Shown: piece after piece, positions 19,904 through 30,471 of the stretch
Layout: each line of letters opens with the position of its first letter
Position numbering within the stretch: the first letter of the stretch is position 1
Source of the DNA: an uncultured Selenomonadales bacterium
Lineage (GTDB): Bacteria; Bacillota; Clostridia; Christensenellales; QALW01
Direction of reading: 5' to 3'
NCBI GenBank assembly: GCA_905200615.1
Contig: CAJKLB010000005.1
Span: 1,449 to 65,448 of the forward strand
DNA: 64,000 nucleotides
Notes under the pieces: model-generated
Told to the model about the DNA's origin: nothing
Databases searched by the model: none
What the model saw: the letters and a program-made list of their open reading frames with translations, nothing else
Position numbers and translations under genes: made by a program

Positions 19904-20404
19904 TTAGCCGATAATCTCTTCAACGGTTTTGCCGCGCATCTGTGCGATCTGTTCAGCCGTTTTCAGGGAAGCAAGCCCTTCTAAAGTAGCTTTTACACAG
20001 TTTGCCGGATTATTGGAGCCCTGGCTTTTGGTAAGAATGTCACGTACACCTACCATCTCCAGCACGTCACGCACGGGACCGCCGGCGATAACACCGGTTC
20101 CTTCGGGAGCGGGCATTAAAAGTACCTGACCTCTGCCGAACTTACCCACTACCGCATGGGGAATGGTGGTATCTTTCAGGGAAACCGTAATCAAATGCTT
20201 TTTGGCATCCTCGGTTGCCTTACGAATGGCTTCGGGAACCTCTGTAGCCTTCCCCTGGCCCACGCCTACATGACCGTTTCCGTCACCGACAACCACCAAT
20301 GCGGCAAGGCGCATATTACGTCCGCCCTTTACGGTTTTGGCAACGCGGTTTACCGAAACTAATTTTTCCTTTAAATCCAATGTTTTGGGATCGATTTTAT
20401 TCAT
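19904..20404 (-). CDS. rpsE: 30S ribosomal protein S5
   Basis: A GGGAGG RBS precedes the ATG at 20404. Sequence and synteny agree. Confidence 0.93.
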   Translation of the reverse strand: MNKIDPKTLDLKEKLVSVNRVAKTVKGGRNMRLAALVVVGDGNGHVGVGQGKATEVPEAIRKATEDAKKHLITVSLKDTTIPHAVVGKFGRGQVLLMPAPEGTGVIAGGPVRDVLEMVGVRDILTKSQGSNNPANCVKATLEGLASLKTAEQIAQMRGKTVEEIIG

Positions 20405-20421
20405 GCTCTTATTACCTCCCA

Positions 20422-20790
20422 TTAGAATTCCAGACCCGCTTCACGCGCTGCCTCGGCAAGCGCTTTCACGCGGCCGGTATAGAGGTAACCACCTCTGTCA
20501 AACACAACGGTTTTAATCCCTTTGGCCTGCGCGCGCTCGGCGATAAGCTTGCCGACATAGGCAGCGGCCTGAGATTTTGTCATTTCTGCGGTTGCCTTCA
20601 TAGCATCGCCTTCGATCGTAGAAGCAGCGGCAAGCGTATTACCGGCCTGGTCATCAATAACCTGAGCATAAATATGACTGTTGCTGCGATATACGTCCAG
20701 TCTGGGACGGTCTGCCGTACCGCTTACCTTTTTGCGCACACGTGCGTGACGCGCCAGGCGATCGGTATTTTTATCTTTCTTGTTGATCAT
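20422..20790 (-). CDS. rplR: 50S ribosomal protein L18
   Basis: Sequence and synteny. Confidence 0.95.
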   Translation of the reverse strand: MINKKDKNTDRLARHARVRKKVSGTADRPRLDVYRSNSHIYAQVIDDQAGNTLAAASTIEGDAMKATAEMTKSQAAAYVGKLIAERAQAKGIKTVVFDRGGYLYTGRVKALAEAAREAGLEF

Positions 20791-20811
20791 ACTGTAAATG
20801 CTCCTTTCTGA

Positions 20812-21354
20812 TTATTTCTTGCCGGCCTTGCCCTCTTTGAGCGCGATATATTCGCCCTCATAGCGGACACCCTTGCCATGATACGGTTCCGGTGCGCGAA
20901 CGCCCCGAACCTCTGCTGCAAACTGGCCGACGGCCTGCTTGTCAATTCCGCGGATAATGATGCTGGTCTGTGAGGGAACTTCTATTGTGATTCCCTCGGG
21001 CGCTTCCATCTCTACCGGATGAGAATAGCCCAGCGTAAGTACTAATTTTTTGCCGTTCATCGCGGCGCGGTAACCGGTTCCCTGAATGGCAAGTGCCTTG
21101 GAAAAGCCCTCGGAAACACCGATTACCATATTGTTCAGCAGTGTTCTGGTAAGACCGTGCAGCGCGCGATGCTCCTTATCGTCAGAGGGACGCGCAACCG
21201 TAACGGAAGTTCCTTCTACTTTTATTTGCATATCCTTATTCAGCTGCTGGGTAAAGGTCCCCTTAGGTCCCTTTGCCGTAACGACATTGCCCTCGGCTAC
21301 CGTAACGGTAACGCCTGCCGGGATTGTTACCGGAAGTCTACCTATTCTTGACAT
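20812..21354 (-). CDS. rplF: 50S ribosomal protein L6
   Basis: MSRIGRLPV..., and synteny. Confidence 0.95.
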   Translation of the reverse strand: MSRIGRLPVTIPAGVTVTVAEGNVVTAKGPKGTFTQQLNKDMQIKVEGTSVTVARPSDDKEHRALHGLTRTLLNNMVIGVSEGFSKALAIQGTGYRAAMNGKKLVLTLGYSHPVEMEAPEGITIEVPSQTSIIIRGIDKQAVGQFAAEVRGVRAPEPYHGKGVRYEGEYIALKEGKAGKK

Positions 21355-21368
21355 ATTCTACCTCCCGA

Positions 21369-21767
21369 TTACCATACATAAGCAAGAACTTCGCCGCCGA
21401 TACCCAGCGCGCGCGCCTGCTTATCCGTCATAATACCCTTGGATGTGGATACAATTGCTATCCCCATACCGCCAAGAACTCTGGGAAGTTCCTCGGCCCG
21501 GGCATAAACTCTCAGGCCCGGCTTTGATATTCTGCGAAGACCTGAAATGATTCTTTCCTTGTTTGCCCCGTATTTCAATGTAATACGGATGGTTCCCTGA
21601 GGAACCGCGTCGATCACCTCAACGCCTTTAATATAACCCTCGTCAAGAAGAAGCTGGGCAATCGCCTGCTTTACATTGGACTTGGGGATATCTACTGTAT
21701 TGTGCCTTGCCACCATCGCGTTGCGAATTCTGGTAAGCATATCGGCAATAGGATCTGTTAAAACCAT
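21369..21767 (-). CDS. rpsH: 30S ribosomal protein S8
   Basis: [14 protein letters not shown]. Confidence 0.95.
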   Translation of the reverse strand: MVLTDPIADMLTRIRNAMVARHNTVDIPKSNVKQAIAQLLLDEGYIKGVEVIDAVPQGTIRITLKYGANKERIISGLRRISKPGLRVYARAEELPRVLGGMGIAIVSTSKGIMTDKQARALGIGGEVLAYVW

Positions 21768-21795
21768 TATGGTATCCTCCTTCCTTTATTTGTTC

Positions 21796-21981
21796 CTACC
21801 AACTTGCCTTTTTCACGCCGGGAATCTGACCCTTATAGGCCAGCTCTCTGAAGCAGATGCGGCAAATGCCGTATTTGCTGAGTACTGCGTGAGGGCGGCC
21901 GCAAATGCTGCAGCGCGTATAGGCGCGCGTGGAGTATTTTGCAGGCTTCTGCTGCTTATTGATCATTGCTTTTTTAGCCAT
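21796..21981 (-). CDS. rpsN: 30S ribosomal protein S14, type Z (61 aa, Cys4 zinc form)
   Basis: [10 protein letters not shown]...CRICFRE. Confidence 0.95.
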   Translation of the reverse strand: MAKKAMINKQQKPAKYSTRAYTRCSICGRPHAVLSKYGICRICFRELAYKGQIPGVKKASW

Positions 21982-21995
21982 TCATATCCCCCCTA

Positions 21996-22535
21996 TCAGT
22001 TTGCATAAGGCATTCCCATCAAGCCTAACAGCTCGCGGGCTTCCTCATCGGTCTTCGCGGTAGTAACAAATATTACATCCATTCCCCGAACCTTATCAAT
22101 TTTATCATACTCAATTTCGGGGAAAATCAGCTGCTCCTTGATACCCAGGGCATAGTTGCCTCTGCCGTCAAAAGCGTTGGCGGAAACGCCGTGGAAGTCA
22201 CGAACGCGCGGAAGTGCTATATTCAAGAGCTTATCCACAAATTCATACATTCTTTCGCCGCGGAGCGTTACCTTCGCACCGATGTTCATGCCTTCGCGGA
22301 CCTTGAAGTTAGCAACAGACTTTTTAGCCTTGGTAACAACAGGCGCCTGACCTGTGATCAGCGCGATCTCCTGCACGGCGGCATCAAACTTTTTGGCGTC
22401 ATCCTTCACATCGCCCAAGCCGGCATTTACAACAACCTTTTCAAGCTTAGGTACCTGCATGATGTTCTTGTAGCCGAACTTCTTTTCCATTGCCGGAACG
22501 ATCTCGCTTATATATTTATCCTTTAATCTGGCCAT
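21996..22535 (-). CDS. rplE: 50S ribosomal protein L5
   Basis: Sequence and synteny. Confidence 0.95.
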   Translation of the reverse strand: MARLKDKYISEIVPAMEKKFGYKNIMQVPKLEKVVVNAGLGDVKDDAKKFDAAVQEIALITGQAPVVTKAKKSVANFKVREGMNIGAKVTLRGERMYEFVDKLLNIALPRVRDFHGVSANAFDGRGNYALGIKEQLIFPEIEYDKIDKVRGMDVIFVTTAKTDEEARELLGLMGMPYAN

Positions 22536-22559
22536 AGTATCTCTCCTTCCGTTCCTTCA

Positions 22560-22886
22560 TTACTGAATGCTCTTTTTGCATTTTTTGCAAACGCGCACTT
22601 TTTTACCGTCAACAACGGCATAGCCTACACGCACGCCTTTTTTGCAGGAAGGGCAGTATATCATAACATTGGAAGCGTCAATCGGAGCTTCCTTTTCTAT
22701 ACGGCCGCCGGCCTCGCCCATTTTCTTCGGCTTAGTGTGGCGCGTAACCATGTTCACGCCCTCAACAATTACCTTGTTTTCTGCGGGAAAAGCCTGAAGC
22801 ACCTTATGCGTGGCAGCCTTATCGTCACCGACGGACTTGTTGGTTCCGCTGATCACAACAACGGTATCGCCTTTTATAACCTTCAT
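22560..22886 (-). CDS. rplX: 50S ribosomal protein L24 (with CxxC...CxxC pairs in the C-terminal part)
   Basis: MKVIKGDTVVVISG... The second ATG (22886) has better RBS spacing. Cysteine pairs are CPSCKK and CKKCKK. Confidence 0.9.
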   Translation of the reverse strand: MKVIKGDTVVVISGTNKSVGDDKAATHKVLQAFPAENKVIVEGVNMVTRHTKPKKMGEAGGRIEKEAPIDASNVMIYCPSCKKGVRVGYAVVDGKKVRVCKKCKKSIQ

Positions 22887-22900
22887 TCCCATGTCCCTCC

Positions 22901-23269
22901 TTACAGCACTTCCGGAGCAAGGGAGATAATCTTCATAAAATCTCTTTCACGAAGCTCTCTTGCTATGGGCCCGAACACACGGGTTCCGCGGGGAAGCTTT
23001 TGATCGTTGATGATAACGGCGGCATTATCGTCAAAACGGATATATGAACCGTCGGCACGGCGGGTGGGTTTGGTTGTGCGTACGATAACCGCCTTTACAA
23101 CATCGCCTTTTTTCACTACGCCGCCGGGCACAGCCGTTTTCACGGAAGCAACAATGGTATCGCCCACGCTTCCGTATCTTCTGAAAGAGCCACCAAGAAC
23201 TCTTATGCACATAATCTCTTTTGCGCCGGTATTGTCGGCAACCTTCAATCTTGTTTGAGGTTGTATCAT
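22901..23269 (-). CDS. rplN: 50S ribosomal protein L14
   Basis: [17 protein letters not shown]. Confidence 0.95.
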   Translation of the reverse strand: MIQPQTRLKVADNTGAKEIMCIRVLGGSFRRYGSVGDTIVASVKTAVPGGVVKKGDVVKAVIVRTTKPTRRADGSYIRFDDNAAVIINDQKLPRGTRVFGPIARELRERDFMKIISLAPEVL

Positions 23270-23305
23270 AATTTACCCCTTTCCGGGAAAACAATCGAAA
23301 AAAGC

Positions 23306-23560
23306 TTATTTTGCCTTTTCAACTATTTCCACCAATCTCCATCTTTTATCTTTGCTCAGCGGCCTTGTTTCCATAATCCGTACGGTGTCGCCGATGCCGC
23401 ATTCATTTTTCTCGTCATGCGCCTTAAATTTTGTGGTACGGTTAACCGTTTTGCCATAAAGCGGGTGAAGAACCTTTGTTTTTACTGCAACAACAATCGT
23501 CTTATCCATTTTATCGCTTACAACGATCCCTACTCTTTGCTTGCGAAAGTTTCTTTCCAT
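23306..23560 (-). CDS. rpsQ: 30S ribosomal protein S17
   Basis: Sequence and synteny. Confidence 0.95.
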   Translation of the reverse strand: MERNFRKQRVGIVVSDKMDKTIVVAVKTKVLHPLYGKTVNRTTKFKAHDEKNECGIGDTVRIMETRPLSKDKRWRLVEIVEKAK

Positions 23561-23576
23561 TCGTCCTCAACCTCCT

Positions 23577-23780
23577 TTATGCCTGAGCCTTGATCTCAAG
23601 CTCACGAAGTATGGTCATTACCCTTGCGATGTCCTTTTTACAGGCGTCTATCTGCTTCGGGTTATTCAACTGTCCGGTAGCATTTTGAAATCTGAGGTTA
23701 AAAAGCTCTCTTTTCAGTTCGGCCAGTTTTTTGTTCAGCTCATCGGCGTTCATTTCACGAAGCTTACTCGGTTTCATCAA
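23577..23780 (-). CDS. rpmC: 50S ribosomal protein L29
   Basis: Sequence and synteny. Overlaps the rplP stop by 4 nt. Confidence 0.93.
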   Translation of the reverse strand: MMKPSKLREMNADELNKKLAELKRELFNLRFQNATGQLNNPKQIDACKKDIARVMTILRELEIKAQA

Positions 23781-24214
23781 ACATCACCGTCCTGTTCTTT
23801 GTTGTAGTCCTCACGGGTAACGAACTTCACCTTCAGCGGAAGCTTATGGCTTGCCAAACGAAGTGCTTCGCGAGCGGTGGCTTCGTCAATACCGTTCATT
23901 TCAAACAGTACCCGGCCCGGTTTTACCACGGCTACCCAGTATTCCGGCGAACCTTTACCGCTTCCCATTCGGGTCTCGGCCGGCTTTGCCGTAACGGGCT
24001 TATCCGGGAAAATTTTAATCCATACCTGACCGCTACGTTTAATATAACGCGTCATCGCGATACGCGCGGCCTCGATCTGCGCGCTGGTGATCCATGCCGG
24101 CTCAAGCGCTACCAGACCGTAATCACCGTAGGCGATAAAGTTACCGCGCTGAGCGGTTCCCTTCATTCTGCCACGGAAAACTCTTCTTCTTTTTACTCTT
24201 TTGGGCATTAACAT
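23777..24214 (-). CDS. rplP: 50S ribosomal protein L16
   Basis: [11 protein letters not shown]... Confidence 0.95.
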   Translation of the reverse strand: MLMPKRVKRRRVFRGRMKGTAQRGNFIAYGDYGLVALEPAWITSAQIEAARIAMTRYIKRSGQVWIKIFPDKPVTAKPAETRMGSGKGSPEYWVAVVKPGRVLFEMNGIDEATAREALRLASHKLPLKVKFVTREDYNKEQDGDV

Positions 24215-24216
24215 AA

Positions 24217-24873
24217 TTACTTGCCTCCTTCTGCTGCGGCAGACTTCTTTGCAAGAATCTCACCCTTGTATACCCACACCTTTACGCCGATACGGCCATA
24301 GGTCGTTGCAGCCTCTGCAAAACCGTAATCAATATCCGCGCGGAGTGTCTGCAGCGGAATGCTTCCCTCATGGTAGCCCTCGCTGCGGGCGATTTCTGCG
24401 CCGCCAAGACGACCGCTTACTAAGATTTTAACACCTTTGGCTCCCGCGCGCGTAACACGCTGCATGGACTGTTTCATCGCGCGACGGAAAGAAACACGCT
24501 TTTCCAACTGCTGAGCGATACTTTCGGCCACCAGCTGCGCGTCCATATCCGGCTTGCGGATTTCCATGATGTTAAGATGAACCTTTTTGCCAAGCATCTT
24601 TTCAAGCTCTGCCTTTAAAGCATCGATTCCCGCACCGCCCTTGCCGATCAATGCGCCGGGTTTTGCGGTAAAGATAAAAATAGTTACTGTATTGGATTTA
24701 CGCTCAATTTCTATCTTCGGAACGCTGAAAGCATTCAGCCTGTTCTTTAAATAGCTGCGAAGCTTGTTATCTTCACTGATATTCTGGGCAAAATCCTTGC
24801 CGGCGATCCAGCGGGAATCCCAGTTCTTGATAATGCCCACTCTGAGACCGTGGGGATTCACTTTCTGACCCAT
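24217..24873 (-). CDS. rpsC: 30S ribosomal protein S3
   Basis: [13 protein letters not shown]. Confidence 0.95.
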   Translation of the reverse strand: MGQKVNPHGLRVGIIKNWDSRWIAGKDFAQNISEDNKLRSYLKNRLNAFSVPKIEIERKSNTVTIFIFTAKPGALIGKGGAGIDALKAELEKMLGKKVHLNIMEIRKPDMDAQLVAESIAQQLEKRVSFRRAMKQSMQRVTRAGAKGVKILVSGRLGGAEIARSEGYHEGSIPLQTLRADIDYGFAEAATTYGRIGVKVWVYKGEILAKKSAAAEGGK

Positions 24874-25272
24874 TTACTTGTCCTCCTTTACTTGATCAAG
24901 GATAACCGTGATGTGGCTTGAACGCTTCAGTATCGGCGAAGCGCTGCCTTTTGCGCGGGGCATAAAGCGCTTAAGCGTAGGACCCTGGTTCGCATATATC
25001 TCAGCAACATAAAGGTTATCTCTGTTTAAATACGGAGGATTGTTCTCCGCGTTAGCGATAGCCGAAAGCAAAACCTTTTCCACTACAGGAGAGGCCGCCT
25101 TGGGCGTGAACCGCAAAATAGCAAGCGCCTCATCTACCTGCTTGCCGCGGATCAAATCGATCACAATGCGTACCTTGCGGGAAGAAATGCGAATATATTT
25201 GGCAATCGCTTTCGGTCTGCGATCGCGCGCTTCCTTACGGGCAGCGGCTTTTTCTTTCATTCTCTTTGCCAT
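24874..25272 (-). CDS. rplV: 50S ribosomal protein L22
   Basis: Sequence and synteny. Confidence 0.93.
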   Translation of the reverse strand: MAKRMKEKAAARKEARDRRPKAIAKYIRISSRKVRIVIDLIRGKQVDEALAILRFTPKAASPVVEKVLLSAIANAENNPPYLNRDNLYVAEIYANQGPTLKRFMPRAKGSASPILKRSSHITVILDQVKEDK

Positions 25273-25287
25273 AGCGTCTTCCTCCCC

Positions 25288-25569
25288 TTACTTACTTCCT
25301 GAGGACTTTTCCGAACCGGAGTGACCTCTGAACGTTCTTGTGGGTGCAAACTCACCCAGTTTATGTCCTACCATATCTTCCGTGATATAAACAGGAACGT
25401 GTTTTCTGCCGTCATGAACGGCTATGGTATGGCTTACCATCTGGGGGAAGATCGTGGAAGACCTTGACCAAGTCTTAATAACCTTCTTATCGCCAGAGGT
25501 ATTCATTTCTTCAACCTTTTTCAGCAAACGCTCGCTGACAAAGGGACCTTTTTTTACTGACCTGCTCAT
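25288..25569 (-). CDS. rpsS: 30S ribosomal protein S19
   Basis: [10 protein letters not shown]. Confidence 0.95.
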   Translation of the reverse strand: MSRSVKKGPFVSERLLKKVEEMNTSGDKKVIKTWSRSSTIFPQMVSHTIAVHDGRKHVPVYITEDMVGHKLGEFAPTRTFRGHSGSEKSSGSK

Positions 25570-25590
25570 AATGAGCCTCCTTCCGATTTA

Positions 25591-26421
25591 TTAGCCGTTA
25601 CGGCGCTTTACGATATATTTATCACTCTTGTTTCTCTTGTTGCGGGTTTTATAACCAAGCGCGGGTTTGCCCCAAGGAGTAACCGGGCCGGGACGGCCGA
25701 CAGGCGACTTGCCTTCACCGCCGCCGTGGGGGTGATCGCACGGGTTCATAACAACACCGCGTACCGTAGGCCGAACGCCCATGTGACGTTTTCTTCCCGC
25801 TTTACCGATAGAAACGTTTTCATGATCCAGATTGCCTACCTGGCCGATTGTCGCTTTGCACTCCATCAGAATGTAGCGAACCTCGCCGCTGGGCAGACGG
25901 ACCTGCGCATATTTCTCTTCCTTTGCCATCAGCTGCGCGGCATTGCCGGCAGAGCGCACCAGCTGGCCGCCTTTACCGGGGGTAAGCTCAATATTGTGAA
26001 TCAGCGTACCTACGGGAATATTCTTGATTTTCAGCGCGTTTCCGGGCTTAATATCGGCGTTATCACCGGCATATACCGTATCGCCTACCGTAAGTCCCAA
26101 AGGCGCTAAAATATAGCGTTTTTCGCCGTCGGCATAATGCAAAAGCGCAATATTGGCTGTACGGTTGGGATCGTACTCAATGGAGGCAACGCGCGCCATG
26201 ATATCTTCCTTGTTGCGTTTAAAATCGATGATTCTGTATTTTCTTGTATTGCCGCCGCCGTGATGACGAACGGTTAAACGGCCAACATTATTTCTTCCGC
26301 CGCTCTTGCTCACTTTTGCCAGCAAGGAGCGCTCCGGCGTGGTTTTTGTGATTTCTTCAAATGCCGAAACCGACATAAAACGCCGTGCGGGCGAGGTTGG
26401 CTTATACTTTTTAATAGCCAT
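25591..26421 (-). CDS. rplB: 50S ribosomal protein L2
   Basis: [14 protein letters not shown]...HPHGGGEG. Confidence 0.95.
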   Translation of the reverse strand: MAIKKYKPTSPARRFMSVSAFEEITKTTPERSLLAKVSKSGGRNNVGRLTVRHHGGGNTRKYRIIDFKRNKEDIMARVASIEYDPNRTANIALLHYADGEKRYILAPLGLTVGDTVYAGDNADIKPGNALKIKNIPVGTLIHNIELTPGKGGQLVRSAGNAAQLMAKEEKYAQVRLPSGEVRYILMECKATIGQVGNLDHENVSIGKAGRKRHMGVRPTVRGVVMNPCDHPHGGGEGKSPVGRPGPVTPWGKPALGYKTRNKRNKSDKYIVKRRNG

Positions 26422-26506
26422 GATTCAACTCCATTTCTCAGCGACGCGAATTTAAGCTGCTGTGCCTGTCGCTGCGTGAAACGCGCAGCAGCCTGTTTTT
26501 TTAAAG

Positions 26507-26797
26507 TTAAGCCATACCCTCGAAAAACTCGATGGCCTTAGAATCTTTCTTCAAAACGACATACGCCTTTTTGGTGGCCGAGGTTCTGCCCTCATACCGA
26601 CCCATGCGTTTGATCTTTCCCTGGGTGGTAACGGTGTTTACCTTTTCCACCTTTACGCCGAAGATCTGCTCAACCGCCATTTTAATCTGACTTTTGTTGG
26701 CCTTGGGCGCAACCTCAAACACATAACGCTTCTCGCTCATCATGCCATAGCTCTTTTCGGTAAGCACGGGCTTGATAATGATATCCTCATGGAACAT
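26507..26797 (-). CDS. rplW: 50S ribosomal protein L23
   Basis: Sequence and synteny. Confidence 0.93.
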   Translation of the reverse strand: MFHEDIIIKPVLTEKSYGMMSEKRYVFEVAPKANKSQIKMAVEQIFGVKVEKVNTVTTQGKIKRMGRYEGRTSATKKAYVVLKKDSKAIEFFEGMA

Positions 26798-27417
26798 TAT
26801 GCATATACCTCCTCAAGCTTTTTCAGCGCCGCTTTGGTAAGGATCAGCTTTTCATGGTTCAGCACATCAACCACATTGAGCGTGTTTACCAATCCCGTTT
26901 TCACACCCGGAATATTCGCGGCGGCTCTTTCCACATTCACAGTGGGTTCCGCATTTACAATATAAGCCTTTCCTTCTACCTTCAGGTTGGCAAGCACTTT
27001 TACCATTGCTTTGGTTTTTGCCTCGATCTCCAGTGCGTCAAGAATGATGATATCCTTATCGGCAACTTTTGAGCTGAGCGCACCTTTTAACGCAAGCCGT
27101 TTTACCTTTTTGGGAACAGCGATGGAAAAATCTCTTGCCTTGGGCGCAAATACAATACCGCCCTTATAATACTGAGGCGCTCTGGACGAACCCTGACGGG
27201 CACGGCCGGTTCCCTTCTGACGGAACGGCTTTTTGCCGCCGCCGGCAACCTCACGGCGAGTGAGTGTTCCCTTGGTGCCCTGACGCTTATTGGCAAGCTG
27301 GGCACGAACTACCTGATGAAGAACGTGCGTATTGATATCGGTTTCAAAGATCTCTTTGCTCAGTGTCACCGTACCAACCTTTTCGCCTTCAATGTTATAT
27401 ACAGCTACTCTTGGCAT
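26797..27417 (-). CDS. rplD: 50S ribosomal protein L4
   Basis: Sequence and synteny. Confidence 0.95.
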   Translation of the reverse strand: MPRVAVYNIEGEKVGTVTLSKEIFETDINTHVLHQVVRAQLANKRQGTKGTLTRREVAGGGKKPFRQKGTGRARQGSSRAPQYYKGGIVFAPKARDFSIAVPKKVKRLALKGALSSKVADKDIIILDALEIEAKTKAMVKVLANLKVEGKAYIVNAEPTVNVERAAANIPGVKTGLVNTLNVVDVLNHEKLILTKAALKKLEEVYA

Positions 27418-27431
27418 AGCTACTTACCTCC

Positions 27432-28067
27432 TTACTTACTCTTTACCGACTGCTTAATGGTAAGCAGTGCGCCTGCCGCACCGGGAACCGCGCCTTTAAT
27501 TAAAAGAACGCCGCGCTCGGTATCAACACGAACAATTTCAAGGTTCTGAATGGTTACCTGCTCGTTACCCCACTGACCGGGCATATGTTTGTTTTTGAAA
27601 ACATGGCTCGGTGAGGAACTGGCTCCCATAGAACCTACCACGCGGTGGCTGCCGGAGCCGTGAGCCATCGGGCCGGTACGCTGATTCCATCTCTGAATCA
27701 CGCCGCTGAAACCGTGGCCTTTTGTTTTTGCCGTTACATCCACTTTGTCGCCCTGCGCAAAAATATCGCATTTGATCGTGCCGCCAACCTGATATTCGGC
27801 GCAGTTATCAAATTTAAACTCTCTCATATAGCGGGCAACCGGGACATTGGCCTTTACAAACTGTCCCTTTTCGGGCTTGCTTACGTTCTTTTCCTTTACA
27901 GCGCCAAAACCTACCTTGACGGCATCATAGCCGTCTTTTTCAACGGTTTTGATCTGTACTACCGAGCAAGGACCGGCTTGAACGACTGTTACGGGAACTA
28001 CTGTACCGTCCGCGGCGAAAATCTGCGTCATGCCGACTTTCTTGCCTAAAATACCTTTTGTCATCAT
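27432..28067 (-). CDS. rplC: 50S ribosomal protein L3
   Basis: [13 protein letters not shown]. Confidence 0.95.
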   Translation of the reverse strand: MMTKGILGKKVGMTQIFAADGTVVPVTVVQAGPCSVVQIKTVEKDGYDAVKVGFGAVKEKNVSKPEKGQFVKANVPVARYMREFKFDNCAEYQVGGTIKCDIFAQGDKVDVTAKTKGHGFSGVIQRWNQRTGPMAHGSGSHRVVGSMGASSSPSHVFKNKHMPGQWGNEQVTIQNLEIVRVDTERGVLLIKGAVPGAAGALLTIKQSVKSK

Positions 28068-28079
28068 CGTTCATCCTCC

Positions 28080-28388
28080 TTACAGTTTAATGTTAATGTC
28101 AACACCGGCGGCAAGATCCAGCTTCATCAGTGCATCCACCGTTTTTGTTCCGGCATTGTAAATGTCAATAAGACGTTTGTGAGTACGAAGCTCAAACTGT
28201 TCCCGGCTATCCTTATATTTATGAGGAGCACGAAGAATGGTTATCACTTCCTTCTCGGTGGGAAGGGGAATGGGGCCGCTTACCGTGGCGCCCGTTTTGA
28301 CTGCCGTATCCACGATCCTCTCGGCCGCTTGGTCGATCAGGCTGTGATCATACGCTTTCAACTTGATTCTGATTTTCTGCGATGCCAT
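28080..28388 (-). CDS. rpsJ: 30S ribosomal protein S10
   Basis: [11 protein letters not shown]... Confidence 0.95.
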   Translation of the reverse strand: MASQKIRIKLKAYDHSLIDQAAERIVDTAVKTGATVSGPIPLPTEKEVITILRAPHKYKDSREQFELRTHKRLIDIYNAGTKTVDALMKLDLAAGVDINIKL

Positions 28389-28594
28389 TTATATACCTCC
28401 TTACAGTAGCTCAAATACACTGTTCCGTGTGTGCCGCTTTTTTAAATTTTAAACGGCGGTGTGTATCTGGCTGTTCGTCCGATTTTTCCGGACAATTGTC
28501 CACGGAAATTACCCGCGCGAACGGCGGCAACCTTCCGCTTCATACCATTTACGCCGACAGGCGCAGCTGCTCCACCGCACAGAGCAACGGATTT

Positions 28595-28623
28595 AGTATA
28601 TAACAAAGCCTTTTTTTGCGCAA
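28595..28623 (-). promoter_or_regulatory. Sigma-70-like promoter of the S10 operon (TTGCGC, 17-nt spacer, TATACT on the minus strand). It implies a 5' leader of about 200 nt.
   Basis: Hexamers read on the reverse complement. Confidence 0.4.
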
Positions 28624-28779
28624 CCGTTTTTTTCTTTTATTTGTGAATTTTTTGTAAACATTGACCGTTTTCACAAAAAACTGCTTTTTTTGCGTCCTAA
28701 CTTACATACATTTTATAAAACAAAACGTTGCAACAAGCCGTATACGGCTTTTACTCGGCTGAAAAGAGGAACAAATATT

Positions 28780-29712
28780 ATGCCCATGATATCCGTAAAG
28801 TGCCCCGGAAGGGTAATTCTGGCGGTGAACAATTCCTTTGCCGGAGAAGTTCTGCCGAACCAATCGATTTCCGTTCCGGCCGGCAGCGGTACCACATATA
28901 TTGCCGCCTATCCCTTGGAAGAAGATGGTCTGCCGGTTTGGGTTGCTATTGAAAACGACGGAATGCTGCTTCATCTTGCACCGTGCTCCGGCCGGCTTTG
29001 CCGTTGGAGTGACGAAATCTATGAACTGGAGCTGTGCATCAAAAAAAAGAAGCCGGAGTTTCCGCCCTTTATTCTGAATGAAAAGAAATGGGGGGCCGCC
29101 TTCGCAGGCATCTGCGCCGGTTTTTTCGTTGCCGAAGACGAACACGGCGCGCGCCGATTTTTTCAGTGCGAAGAGCCAATCGATGATTTTTCCGTACTTT
29201 CCGCCGGATACGCCGCGCTGCAAAGCGGTAAAAAGCTCACGGTAGTCACGCAGGAAATGACCGCGGTGCTTTCCTTGGAAGTCAATACCTTTTCTGTGGA
29301 AAACAACCGTCTGTATCTGCGTTTTTATCCCGGCGGCATGGACAGTTACGAAATTCTGCAAACCTATAATACCGCTACCATGGAGCGCATGGAAAGCGTC
29401 ATCGAGCGACGGGAAAGCGAAACCGAACTCTCGGCAATCCGCTGTTTCTGTGAAGCCGTGCGGCTGGATTTAAAAGAAGAAGCGCTTTCTTTTTTAACCC
29501 CGGGGCTCACCGAGGATATGAGTTTTGAGGAAATCAAAGACTTTTTAGGTCCGTTTGACTCTATCGAAGAAGTCCGTTATCTGCCCAACTCACCACTGCA
29601 TTCGGTAGCGCTGCGATACGCCGTAGACGCTTGTAATTTTCACTATTTGTGTTATGAATTCCATATTATTTCCGGTGACCGGCCGTTGATCGACGATATC
29701 GCGCAGTTATAG
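28780..29712 (+). CDS. Hypothetical protein (310 aa), no recognisable domain
   Basis: Long ORF. An AAGAGGA RBS precedes the ATG at 28780. Amino-acid composition looks protein-like. Confidence 0.5.
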   Translation: MPMISVKCPGRVILAVNNSFAGEVLPNQSISVPAGSGTTYIAAYPLEEDGLPVWVAIENDGMLLHLAPCSGRLCRWSDEIYELELCIKKKKPEFPPFILNEKKWGAAFAGICAGFFVAEDEHGARRFFQCEEPIDDFSVLSAGYAALQSGKKLTVVTQEMTAVLSLEVNTFSVENNRLYLRFYPGGMDSYEILQTYNTATMERMESVIERRESETELSAIRCFCEAVRLDLKEEALSFLTPGLTEDMSFEEIKDFLGPFDSIEEVRYLPNSPLHSVALRYAVDACNFHYLCYEFHIISGDRPLIDDIAQL

Positions 29713-29820
29713 AAAGCCCTTTATATCGCGGAACCTTTATTTTCATTTGCCGTTACAACTGTATATTCTTTTTTATAAAACAAAACACAAGCGGATTTTT
29801 TTGCATATTTCTCGGAAAAA

Positions 29821-29865
29821 GAACGAGGAGCACAAGCCGACCTACTTGTGCTCCTCGTTCTTTAT
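29821..29865. terminator. Bidirectional intrinsic terminator with a perfect 16-bp stem (GAACGAGGAGCACAAG / CTTGTGCTCCTCGTTC)
   Basis: Read directly. An A-run lies upstream and a T-run downstream, and it sits between convergent genes. Confidence 0.75.
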
Positions 29866-29900
29866 ATGAAATTGTTCCAAAAAAAGGCATAATTAAAGAG

Positions 29901-30116
29901 TTATCGTATTTTCTTTAAAAGCGTACAGGAAAATCCGTATTCCCCATGCAAGGCATAATCCTTAATGTATCCCCAGCCTTCCAATTCCTGTCCCACGCTT
30001 TCGCGAAGATCTTTAAAATCATAAGGAAAATCTACTTTGGCTTTATCCGTTTTCTCTTTCAAATTTTTGTTTGCCATAACTGCCAGAATGTACATTGCCG
30101 GAGGTGATAACAACAT
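29901..30116 (-). CDS. Small hypothetical protein (71 aa)
   Basis: ORF with a GGGAGG RBS upstream of the ATG at 30116. Confidence 0.35.
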   Translation of the reverse strand: MLLSPPAMYILAVMANKNLKEKTDKAKVDFPYDFKDLRESVGQELEGWGYIKDYALHGEYGFSCTLLKKIR

Positions 30117-30471
30117 TTTTCTTTCCTCCCTTTGTATTTTGAATTTTTAGTTTCTGCAAAGATTATAAGTTTCTGGGAAATCTTTGCTTTGTTTGACAGT
30201 ATTATACACCATGCTTTTTCTTTTTTCAACCCCCTTTTTTACAAAAAATAGAAAAATTTTTAAAATTTTTGAAAATTTATGGAATTTCGACTATGTTTTG
30301 ACGTCACTTTATCGTCAATCATTCTTCACATTTTTCTCTTTTCGTATTTCCAAATCGCAAAAAGACTAATACTTTAGGCTACACACTTTACTCAAGAATA
30401 TGCCGTAATCCGATTGACCCTTCGGAAAAATTGCTATATAATTTTTATATATTGAAAAAAAGAGGTATACT

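Noticed and set aside
28702-29361. 219-aa minus-strand ORF opposite the 310-aa hypothetical gene
   Set aside because: It has poorer composition (G/R/F-rich) and no RBS. The plus-strand ORF is longer and has an RBS. Neither has recognisable domains, so this rejection is only moderately confident.
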